The notes under the pieces were generated by a model. That model ran no database searches. It saw nothing but the letters and a program-made list of their open reading frames with translations, and was not told the DNA's origin. Shown piece by piece: positions 1 to 10,275 of a stretch of 20,000 bases of DNA. How positions within the stretch are numbered: the first letter of the stretch is position 1; the number at the start of each line of letters is the position of its first letter. The DNA comes from Pseudogymnoascus verrucosus (lineage: Eukaryota), in assembly GCA_001662655.1 (NCBI GenBank), contig KV460254.1; one strand, written 5' to 3'. The translations under genes and the position numbers were made by a program.

Positions 1-555
1 TCACGGATAAGAAGAAGGTATGTCTCACTTCACACACTCTAATTCCTCCGATATAGTCATGATACAAGTGCTAACGCGATACAGTTGGCGGGCATGAGCT
101 ACAACTGCCATGGCGGCAAGGGCCACGTCCAATCCATGGTCTGGGCACTCGACCGCGTCGGCATTGAGATCCTAATGAAGCCCGAAGCCGAAGGCGGCAT
201 CGGCTACTGGTGCCCCTACGACATGGTCAACGCGATCGGCGGCGAGATCCGCTCGACGCCCTCGATCATCAACGCCGGCTACGAGGTCGAGGCGCTGAAC
301 CTGGTGTACCACTCCCACGACGGCGAGGACCACGACAAGGACGGCAAAAAGGATAATAGCCCCAAGGGATACATTGAGGGCTGCACCGACGACGACTTCT
401 TCCATGATAACTACTACTATGGCTTCAATATCCATCCGTACGAGACGATCTTCATGAAGGCCGCGAGGAATATGCAGGATGTCCTTATTGGGAATTTCAC
501 CGAGTGGACTGATGGCAGTGGATACAGCTCCTACGAGGCTTGCGCTCTGAAATAA
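1..555 (+). CDS. 3' part of an uncharacterised conserved fungal protein, 5'-truncated by the window; exons <1-17 and 85-555
   Basis: Intron 18-84 has a GTATGT donor, GCTAAC branch at 70-75 and CAG acceptor. Splicing joins ...TDKKK in frame to LAGMSYNCHGGKGHVQSMVWALDRVG...HPYETIFMKAAR... with stop TAA at 553-555. Strong GC3 codon bias. The ORF-track start at 85 is a TTG at the exon boundary, not a real start. Confidence 0.85.
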
Positions 556-2503
556 AAGAAAAAGAAAAACAGAAACTTTATGCAAGACTGGGAGAATTGA
601 AACGAACGACCAAGATTATCTGAAAAGAAAAAGAAAAATGTTGCAAGAATAACAGGAACCTGCCACCAACGGCGGGCTGGGGGGATGGCGGCGGAAGGGG
701 GGGTGGGGGTTGTGTGGGAGTTGTTCTAATATGTTTCCATGCTTACATGCCGCATCACATCAAGGACGTTTACAAGGCGTTGAACCATAAAGGGAAGGGG
801 GAAATGTTTTTGGAAAGCTGTGTTTTTATTTTCTTCTCCCTTCTTCCTTCCTTCCTGGTATTTTTTGATAGCGAAGAGGAAAAGAAGGAAGGGCGGGAGA
901 GGAGGGGAGGATGGCGGGGGATCTAGGCAGTCTAATTGATGCCGGATACTTGTGCTATTTGTTTGTTGGCTATGCATTTTTTTACTAGTTGGATCGCTGT
1001 ACTTATATCTTACACCGATTTTCCCCAGTTGGTAGTCGGAAGGAGAGGGAGGGGGGGAAGACAATATACATAAATAAGACTTATTAATCAATCAATCCAC
1101 TCAAGCCATATGACGACGGTGATGATGATCGGAGACTGGGATTGATGGACTGGAAGAGGTAAGTGTGGTTTCTTCGGCTGGCCGGGGGGGAGGGGGGAGT
1201 GGTTTAGTTTTGAGAATCGAGATGGGCGTCGTGGTGAGTACGTACGTATGTGTCGTCGTGCCCCGCTGTTTCGCCACCATCGTAGTAGGCATGCCGGCAA
1301 ATAAAGCAATGGTCGATTGAGAGCGAGAGATATCTCGTACCGCCCTCGCTCTCGTGAAGTTACTGAAGCGGAAACTGGGATCCAAGGTGTGGGATTTCTA
1401 GAGCGGAGAAACAGGGATGGGGGAAAGCCGTTCACTGGGATCTATCTCGCCTATTTGCTATTTGTAGGTCAAGCATCAGGGTCAAGCTTCGATCAATCTT
1501 CAACTCCATGCCATTCTGTCTCACTTTTTTGGGGGGGGTGTTTCGATTGTACTACTTCGTTTCGTTCATGGGTTGCCTGTTGTGCTGCTTGGGGAAGGCT
1601 GGCGTGGCGTTCTTAATGCTAGGTGCTGTTTATTTCAAGTTATAATTCCATGTCTGTCGTGTTTGGCACAGCCTTGCTGGATATATGCATGTTATCTGTT
1701 TTAGTGGGAGAAAAGCTTCTGTTTTACTTTCTGGGATTTTATGTATTTGATCTACACTCTACTGTCTGTTTGATCTCCCAATGTTGTTTACTCGTTGGCA
1801 CTTGTAACCTTCTCACGATCTTGAAACGAATCGTCACGTTTCTATCCTTGATGCGGTATGGGTCTCATCCTTGATTCAGTGTCGCGGTTCTAATATCACA
1901 AACTTGTCGATGTGTCATTGTAACATCTCAGCCTTGTGGCCACTGCCAACCAATGAATACGGGTTAAAAAGCTGCCATTATACCTGCTATCAGTGCACCG
2001 GTAAAGCGCATTCGGCTTCATTACTCGGAGAGCCACATCTACAACTCTCTAGCCGGCACATCACCGCCAAAACTTTAGGCATTGAAACTCTCCATCCCCA
2101 GCTTGGCTGTGTCACGACGCTTGCTCTAGAATGACCGACTGTGGTGCATCGGAACGCTGGACGTGCTTCCGTGGACAGGAATCAAGAATTGTGTTCCCCA
2201 ACGACAAATCACGTACGACGTCAACGAGCAGTGACTGGAAACGAATGTGGTATTGCTAGAAGTACTGATTGCAGAAACATAAAAACACTTTGAGAACCAC
2301 CTAAGGGTTACACAGGTTCATACGACCATTCCTCCACGGCTGCCAATAATATGGCCAATGAAAAGGGGCTGAAAGCCAAAAACGTCAACCTCTTGCCATC
2401 AACCATGAGCTTGCCACGCCGACGCTGTGTAACAAAACCTATACCACGCGTCATTACTGGCCTTGTCTGGAGCTTCTGCAATGGAGGGAAACTTACCTGT
2501 TGC

Positions 2504-2754
2504 TTAGCCACATTCTGTGCCACAGTTTCCGCAGATCTTGCCGCGGATAACCCAGACTTCGATCCCATTTGCAAAACAGGTAGGGCATTTTACGCCGGCG
2601 ATCTTTGGGTTGTCAGTTTGGCTCTGCGTCTTATTATGGAGTCACCTACGGGCATCTGTGTGATGCCAGGCACTGGAGTCTGAGAGAACTGTGAAGCTTG
2701 GGAGGTCGCATGATCCTCTTGAGGGAGGATGTTGATTGATACGCGAGGAAGCAT
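2504..2754 (-). CDS. 67-aa microprotein with C-terminal CxxC-x13-CxxC-x3-C zinc-ribbon-like motif; exons 2754-2650 and 2602-2504
   Basis: ATG in ACCATG context at 2754. The 47-nt phase-0 intron 2649-2603 has a GTAGGT donor, ACTGAC branch and AAG acceptor. Spliced product is MLPRVSINILPQEDHATSQASQFSQTPVPGITQMP|IAGVKCPTCFANGIEVWVIRGKICGNCGTECG*. TATAAAG lies about 120 nt upstream. Confidence 0.75.
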
Positions 2755-2873
2755 GGTGCTTGGAGCGCTTTGTTGTGGGGAGTCGCAATGAGTTTGATAA
2801 AGTTGCGTTGAAGTTCAGTATTCTGGTCTATGTGTTGCTGTTGATGTCTCAATTTCAAGGGAAATTCGCTGGG

Positions 2874-2880
2874 CTTTATA
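2874..2880 (-). promoter_or_regulatory. Putative TATA box of the microprotein gene
   Basis: TATAAAG on the minus strand, about 120 nt upstream of the ATG at 2754. Confidence 0.5.
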
Positions 2881-2930
2881 CTTCGATGGGGCATTGGGAC
2901 GGGAAGTGAGAAAGGGCTTCTCAGAGAAAC

Positions 2931-3012
2931 GATTGTCCCTTGGGGGTCTGCAACTGCTTGACTGGGAGAGGGTATTCCCAGCGAAGAGATTGTCCCGCCG
3001 GGGTCTGCAACT
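2931..3012. repeat. Imperfect direct repeat, period 57 bp
   Basis: GATTGTCCCttgGGGGTCTGCAACT at 2931 and GATTGTCCCgccGGGGTCTGCAACT at 2988. Confidence 0.8.
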
Positions 3013-5597
3013 ACGGCTGAGGCATTTCGATTCAACCACGGGTACCTAACTAGGGATTGCGATCTCTACGCCTTTGGCACAATATCTCGTTGAAGTCTCG
3101 GAGCTACACGATGGGCCTGACACGGACTGGGACCCCCACAATATCAGTCAGTCCTATAGACACGATGTATGAGGATGATCTTTACATAAGCGGCGTTCAA
3201 GTCCAATCACCTAGAACTCTTGTCGGCAGTGATAGTCAAAGAAAACGAGCATCAAATGCTTGGTTTTGAATCCATGAACCATCCTGTATCCGGAGCGAAT
3301 GTGGCGGTTTTACAATGCTGTAATAGGCGTCGAGAGAAGCTTCACTTGATGAAGCTACCACACTAGCTGCAGATGTGGAGTCGGACACATCTAAAGTCAC
3401 TGATCATCTTCTTCGTCCATGCGAATGTCCATATCGCGTTTTCTAAAAGAAAGATGCGATTGGGGCGAGTAAAGGGGCTTTCAATCGTCCGAGCCCAGCG
3501 ATACGCGGATCACGGACCGTCCCCGCGTACTCGTGTGTTTACAGCGTATAAAAGACGACATCAACTAGAATGCCCGCGCTTGTAATCCAGATACATTTAG
3601 TGGATTCCGGGCACGGTCACTTCATAATTGAGATCTTCAGATAAAGCTAGTCATCTGCTCACTTCTGCCAAGGCCGCGAGCAGCTGTCACTTTTGGATCT
3701 GCCATGGTGATGGGATCTGAGATGTCCGCTCGCACAGGATATGTTTTGAGCACATAAACCCGCTGTGGATTCGAGCTAAACAAGCGCTCGGTTGCAAAAA
3801 AAAACCATCGTGTGACTTGCGTTTTATGCAATGCCATCAACCATCCCGCGGTTCTATCTTATCACATATCACCGCCGTATCGAAAAATAATCGGATTCTG
3901 ATAACAGCGGCTGTTCAGCGGGACAGGGGTAAAACCGTAATCGGATATCCTCCGAACAAGCTGGTTTTTTGGGATGGGATGGGTTGCTATGCATGCACGA
4001 CCGCGAACCGCTGATATTTGTTTTGGAAGCGGGATAATCTTTGAATATCAAATCACTATACGAGGGCTTAATGTCAATTAAGTTACTCTAGCTGTGGCGT
4101 CCAGAGAAGTGTTTTGAGAGTGAAATTCGTATTGAATCTTCCACACTGAACCAATCAGCTCCACAAGAGTCATGTCTCATTAGCACGGACGTTTCCACAG
4201 CTAAGGATGCACGTTTGCAACAGCCCCAGTTCAAGGACGTCATTAAATTAGGGGTGTGGGACATGGCAGCTGTCACAGCCTTCTTTGTCACTAGGGAACA
4301 TAAGCCGGCCTTTGCTCGTTGAGCAAGGGGCTCAACGGCCAATGTAACTGCATAAGTGAGTATTAAGATGCATAGTCTACTCTGACGGTCTTTTCCGAAC
4401 ATTGCTTTGCTCTCAGTCCGTAGACCCTTCAATGCGATGATGCATCCCAAGCAACTTGCGTAAACCCCACGCGTCGGGTTTCTTGTTTTAGCCTTTTACC
4501 TTACTTCCCTCGACATGTTGCTGACAGATATGAAGCTCGCCTTCACCACTTTGCGCGATATATTTCTTTCAGTCTGCCTCCGCGGCCATGCCTTCGGAGC
4601 TTCTCCGGTTGCTACGTCAGCCAACAAGCCAACCATTGACGATTGGACTATCGCGGAGGAGACTTCCGATCCTGCATGTCAACAATCCCATTAGTGCACC
4701 ATCTTGCGCATGCACATTGGCCTTTAACGTCCTCCCCTCCCCCCGTCTTCCTGCATCTGTGAGACCCCGCCCCGGACCGCTCCCTTCCCGTGTGCTACCT
4801 GCCGCATTGTAAGACATCCCACGGAGCACTGCATCGGGGGGGCGTTTTCACTCGCAGGATCTCAGCGGCCTGTGACTGAGCAGATACTGCGGCAGTGCCC
4901 GCTGCTGGAGTGGTACGGGTTGATGCTTTTGGCATCTCGCGATGCGACGTCGTGGGGGCATGTGTTCTAGCATGAGGCGGGGAGGGGTCCTTCGACTGCA
5001 GCGCCAAGGGAATACTACTGTATGATAGAATACATCGCTCGTCCTCCCGCTGCCGATTCATCACATATATGACAAGTCAGAAGGATGGGATGAGTGCCGG
5101 CGGTTAGCTTCACACACCCCTCCTGTTCTCCCTTGTCTGTACTTCAAGTGCCAGAGATCGGCACCCTCCTCGGTTAGCCGTCTACAGTAACTCAGGCCTG
5201 GCATTTAGGTTCTAGGGGCTTCGAGTGGAATGGCTTGATGGCGCTACATCCCTTCGGTAGGCGCCCTGTCGTCATGGATGGCAATGCTACGCTATAGAAG
5301 TCAGCGACATGCACTGGAGATCTGCAGCTGCTGGTTCGCTGCAACATGCACTTAGTAGCGAGCCACGGGGTCGCATAGAGGGCCCCAGGCCGCAGAGAGG
5401 GCTCTGCACTTGTGCGTTGTAATAAAAATCGATCGAAATTTGACGGGAACGACGGCTAGATAGTTTGTATGGTACCCAGATTATGCTACATCACCTTGGC
5501 GGTACGCCCCTTCAGATCCATTCGCCAGCTCTTCCTTGTGTCCGAAAGCCCCTTTCACCCCACGTCCCATGTGCCTCGCTCGGCCTCTACTCTACCC

Positions 5598-8053
5598 TCA
5601 GCGCTCTACCTTCTCCACGCTAATAAACAGCAGTCCATCCGTCGCCGCCCCCTTCGCGTCCCGCAGCTTCAAAAACCGGTACCCATTCTGGAGTCGATCA
5701 AGCCGCACACACGCCCACGCCGCCAACGTATCCGTGAAGCCGTCATCCTCAATACGGAACCTGCATCACCATTAGCATCCATCCTGTTGCAACCCCACCA
5801 GTCCCCGCCCCCACCAACAAAAGAAAGTGGTGATGCCCAAAGACACACACGCCCAAGGAAGAAGATCCACCCCCGGAAAGTGCCTACTAACCTGACAAAA
5901 CTCAGCTCTTCCACCACCCCCGGCCCCGCCCCGAGGAAATCAAGCCGCTCCCCCTCCCAATCCACGCTCGCCCCCCGCTTCGTCTCCGTATGCCTCTTCC
6001 ACTCCTCGCCCGCCTTCTCCCCCGCCCTCTCCGCATGTACCTCGACCTTGACGCGCGCGCGCAGCTCCTCCTCCCCTAGGATGCGCTGTGCCGCAAAAAT
6101 GCGAATCCGCAGGTCCATTAGCTTCCCCTCCACCTTATGCGCATCGAGCTCTGCGACCTCGGCACCCTCCCGCATCCCAGGCGGCTTTAGCACCCACCCG
6201 TCCGAGCCGTCGAACATGGCTTCGTTGAGCATGGTGCCGTGGTCCCAGACTTGCCAGTTTAGGGCGGCCATTTGGATGCCCTTGCGCCAGAAGCCGGAGG
6301 GATCGGGGTTAGAGGAGTCGATGCGGTGGCCGGCGGGGTAGGCGCGCATCATGTAGTTGCGGTTGTGGGCTAGGAGGGCGTTGGGCGAGGCGGCGAAGAG
6401 CTCGAGGATGTCGCCTTCGGAGAGGGAGTAGATGTGTGATGGGATCGAGGCGGAGGGGGCGGTGAGGGATGAGAAGTGAGAGCTGTGTGTGTAGATTCCT
6501 AGCGCGGAGAGGGAGGGATGGATCCGCGCCTTGTTCTTTGGGGCGGGGGAGCGGGAGGGAGAATGGGAGAGGGATGGGGAACGGGAACGTGAGGATACTG
6601 ATAGGGCGTCGAGAGCGTCGTGGGAGGTGGTCGGAGTTAGGGGTGTAGAGATAGTGGTGGTGGGGGTGAGTGTGGAGGGGCGCGGAGAGAGCGTCGTGCT
6701 TGCAGTCGTGCTTGCAGTCGTGCTTGTTGTCAAGCTTGTTGTCAAAGGCGTGATGGGGTTGCTGCTGGCAGTCATGCTAACATCGGGGCTCGGAGTCTCG
6801 GTTGGTGCGACCTCAGCACTTCTCTTAACCTTGATGAGGATCTTATTCAGGAGCTCATCGAGACGCGGCAGGCGTTCCTCGGGGTGACAGGTCGGGTGCG
6901 CGGTGTCGACAAGAACGCCCGCCCACTCCTCTTTCATGATCTGCACCATCACCTCCTGCTGATCCACATCGCAGCCCACTTGCAAGCTAACAATGAGCGG
7001 CAGGTTCGACGTCTGAAACGCACTCTCGCGCACGGCGCGGCACACTTCGCGAAAGCCGACAGCGCGCGTTAACGTCCAGGCATGCAACACAACCGGCTCT
7101 CCCTTTAAGATCGAACTCGAGCGCCCCCTCGAGTCCTTCTCTCCAGACTCATCATCTAAATCGGAATCGTCGTCGCTGCTGCTGCTGCTGCTGTCGGCGT
7201 CGCTCGTCTTCTCACGACTGATACTCGGCACATTGCTCGCCGTCTTCTTGTGCCCCAGCCTATGTCCCAATCCCGACTTCTCATCTGCGGCCGCGTGCTC
7301 TTTTTTGTCATCGCTCCGACCCCAGGGAATCTTGCCCTTCAAGGAACCGAGCTTCGCTTTGTACTCAGCTTTATACATGCGCTTGTACTTTTTCTTCGCC
7401 TGTATGGCAGATACGGCGAGGTCAGACGGGGTGGTGCCGGTGATATGAGGGATGCGGGAGGAAACGGACACAGGTTCGCCGTTGTGGACATCGATTTCGA
7501 TGCATCGACAGCCGCGGATGAGGACCTATATATCAATTAGCACAAATAAACTTTATCCCCCCACCCCACCAAGTCTTCGAGCCGACCGGGCACTCACATT
7601 TTTATAAGCATCTGTCGTACTCTTGCTCATAAGCTGGTTCCCGCTCAGATACGTATTATGGCTGCTGCTGATATAATAACTGCTGATCGGCTTCCCCAAA
7701 TCCTTATTCCCCGCCAGCGCGCCCACGCCCTCAAACCCACCCCTCATCCACAGCAGCGCCAGCCAGTCCGCAAACGTATACTCCGCGACATCCTCGCTGA
7801 GCGGAATATCCTGCCCCTGCACATCCTTCAGGAAAGCCACCAGCGCCTCGCGCGACACGAACTGCGACTCCCCGCACAGCGAAGTGTAGATCTTCCTCAA
7901 GTGCGCTTGCACGGGATGCGAGAGGTAAGGGACCGTAGGCGGCGAGGGCGCCGTGTGGTGGTGCGTCGGAGCCATGAGGGTTGTCATTGAGACGAGGGAG
8001 TGGAAGGAGAGGTGGTGTTTCTGCGCGACGCTGTGGTGGGGGAGGGGTGCCAT
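5598..8053 (-). CDS. Phosphoinositide-specific phospholipase C (X, Y and C2 domains), about 750 aa; exons 8053-7598, 7525-5892, 5760-5598
   Basis: X-box motifs YYISSSHNTYLSGNQL, RGCRCIEIDV, EPVVLHAWTLT and KILIKVK. Y-box motifs RAYPAGHRIDSSN and GIQMAALNWQ. C2 ending AWACVRLDRLQNGYRFLKL. Introns 7597-7526 (GTGAGT..GCTAAT..TAG) and 5891-5761 (GTTAGT..GCTAAT..CAG) keep the frame (2253 nt total). The start could be a slightly downstream ATG. Confidence 0.93.
6693..6745. repeat. In-frame 12-bp tandem repeats in the PLC X-Y linker
   Basis: About three copies of GTCGTGCTTGCA, then two of GCTTGTTGTCAA, encoding LTTSLTTSTTASTTASTT. Confidence 0.8.
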
Positions 8054-9045
8054 GGGTTTTCCTGGGTGCGGGGTCAGCGGTGCGGGATTTAGGCGATGGG
8101 GATGCGGGAGGGATGGTGCTTACGGTGAGACGACGTGGCGATGGCTACATGCGCTCTCTCGCTGGTACCAGGGCGAGCGGAGGAGGGATGCTGGCGGCGA
8201 GGGGAGGTTGTTTTCGAGGTTGATGAAGGATTATCGTTGTATGTGTTGTCTCCACTGTGTGTCTCCACTGTGGTTCCTGGCTTAGGCCTTGGTGAGCCTT
8301 GTCAGAAGTTATCGCGGTTGTTGCAGCGATTTGGTCAATCTCTCAAAGTATACCAGATGAACAGAGAATATTCGGAGAAAACTCGTATCATATAAATACT
8401 ATGTACAACCCAAATCCCAGCCTGACGGAGGATATAAATCCTTTCCTTGTGGACAACTCAGCCTCAGTCTCTCAGCCTCGAGCTGAAAGAATTGCGGGGA
8501 CGGTCTAGACCCTTTCTACGTCATTGATAGGTACACCGGCCCGCGAATGAGAGCCTGCCAGCCTTGTGTCTGCCGAGCGGCACATCGTAGAGTGCTGACT
8601 TACAATAACCACTATTATCAAGGTTATGCGGAGGTGTTTCAGAGAGACCAGCTGGAGTGATAGGGTGAGACGCCGTCTTAAACTTTGCTGCGCTTCTTAC
8701 CGCGGTGCTGCGCCAATGTAGGCGGCCGAGTGGTCGGCCAAGAGGCGGCGCCTAGGGACGGCCCGCCCTAGGGTCACAACATCGTCCTTCGGCGGGGAAA
8801 TGGATTGGTGCTGATTGATTTTGCTAGGAATTGAGTTTAAGCATTGCGGAGTGGCTAACGGCGAGGCATTTCAACTCCGTATCCGTGGCCTTTGTCTTCG
8901 GGGAGGACGCCAGAGTCTCACTGCATTTACCCCTCGCCGAATGACGCATCCAGCAACCATCAACACCACCACATAAAAAGGCGACCAGCGCACAACCGTA
9001 TCCCCCATTCCAAAGACCCCATCTCCTCCTTCACCAAAATCAATA

Positions 9046-9876
9046 ATGGCTCCAACCCCGCCACCCTCCTCCGTCCTCACAGCCTTCTCCCTCACCACCC
9101 CCCCAACCCCCCTCCCCGGCGGCCAAAACACCTCCTTCCTCAGCGGCACCACAGTCCTCAAACACATCCCTCCCACCCCCACCTCCGAAGCAGAATGGAC
9201 ATCCCACACCCTCTCCCTCCTCCCTCCCTCCCCCCACTTCACCATCCCCACCCCCCTCCTTGCCTCAACCGGCTCCTACGTCCACGAGAACTGGACCGCA
9301 ACCACCTTCTACCCCGGCACAGCCCACCCCGTCGGCCATTGGGACGCCCTATTCTCAGCAGCGCGGCACTTCCACGCCTCTCTCGACGGGATCCCAAGGC
9401 CGGACTTTCTGCGCAAACGCACGCATCCGTGGGCAAGGGCTGATGGCGTCGCGTGGGGTGAGGAGTCCGTCGATATCGTTCCGGCTCTGGCACCGCTGTA
9501 TTCGCGCCTCGTATCTCTACGCAAGGAAGTGGGCGTAGTGATAGCGCAGCTCGTGCACGGGGATTTAAGCGGGAACATCCTCTTTTCTGACGACAAGCCT
9601 CCCGTGATTATCGATTTCTCTCCCTTCTATCGATGCGTTGATTACGCCGTCGCGATCGCTGTTGTAGACGGGATTGCGGATTTCGGGGAGGGAGAGGAAG
9701 AGGTCTTAGGCGCTTCCGGGCTGGGGACGGGGAGACATGCGGTGCAGATGCTAGTTCGGGCTCTGTTGTTTAGAGTCGTGGCGAGGAGTGAGCTTGTGGG
9801 TGTTATGGGGGAGGTGGGGGCGAGGGAGATGAGGGGGTTTGAGAGGGTGATGGGGGTTATTGAGAAGTATGTCTGA
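9046..9876 (+). CDS. Aminoglycoside-phosphotransferase/choline-kinase-fold protein, 276 aa, intronless; resembles the actinobacterial TIGR02569-type family
   Basis: ATG in ATAATG context. Brenner-type motif QLVHGDLSGNILF, metal-binding IIDF and N-lobe LPGGQ...VLK. Family-like segments PPSSVLTAF, FHASL..IPRPDFL, PWARAD.VAWGE and DFSPFYR are recalled from memory, not searched. Confidence 0.85.
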   Translation: MAPTPPPSSVLTAFSLTTPPTPLPGGQNTSFLSGTTVLKHIPPTPTSEAEWTSHTLSLLPPSPHFTIPTPLLASTGSYVHENWTATTFYPGTAHPVGHWDALFSAARHFHASLDGIPRPDFLRKRTHPWARADGVAWGEESVDIVPALAPLYSRLVSLRKEVGVVIAQLVHGDLSGNILFSDDKPPVIIDFSPFYRCVDYAVAIAVVDGIADFGEGEEEVLGASGLGTGRHAVQMLVRALLFRVVARSELVGVMGEVGAREMRGFERVMGVIEKYV

Positions 9877-10145
9877 TGAGGGGGTTATGGGAGCTGGGGG
9901 GGGGGTATGGATTTGTGTTGTGAGAACGCCTGATTGAGAAGCCGAGGAATTATGGGATTTCTACCATGTCACGTCACTGCACACGCTAGAAAGGGATAAT
10001 TGCAAACACAAGATATAGCTGTCAATAAATGGTCTAGAAATTGCATATCCACATCCAACCAGGACCAAAAACACAAATCACAAAAATACCCCTAAATCTA
10101 CCCCTTTTCCCCTCACATTATCCCATTACCCCCCCCTCCCTTCTT

Positions 10146-10275
10146 CCCCCCTCCCCCACCTCACCAAACCTCTTCCACCTCGTCCCCCTTCACCTCTCTA
10201 CACACCCCCCCCTCCCCCACCTCACCAAACCTCTTCCACCTCGTCCCCCTTCACCTCTCTACACACCCCCCCCTC
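10146..10275. repeat. Perfect 61-bp tandem duplication covering the stop codon of the SPATA20-like gene
   Basis: The sequence at 10146-10214 is identical to 10207-10275 (TCACCAAACC at 10161 and 10222). CCCCCCTC microhomology at the junctions. Confidence 0.95.

Noticed and set aside
2646..3035. 129-aa minus-strand ORF containing an in-frame ADPxGTI repeat
   Set aside because: It starts at TTG, has no recognisable domain, and overlaps the TATA box and first exon of the better-supported microprotein gene in another frame.
4530..4694. 54-aa ORF MKLAFTTLRDIFLSVCLRGHAFGASPV... with a faint signal-peptide look
   Set aside because: Charged residues interrupt the hydrophobic core, and there is no motif or convincing exon continuation. 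It could be a relic but cannot be supported.
5469..6341. 290-aa + strand ORF
   Set aside because: Antisense shadow of the GC-rich PLC gene; low-complexity Pro/Ser/Arg product.
5669..7471. 600-aa ORF as a stand-alone gene
   Set aside because: It is PLC exon 2 plus read-through into intron 2. The true ends come from splicing.
8700..8780. Short GC-rich palindromes (GGCCGA..TCGGCC, CCTAGG twice) between the divergent PLC and kinase genes
   Set aside because: Too short to distinguish from chance in GC-rich promoter DNA.
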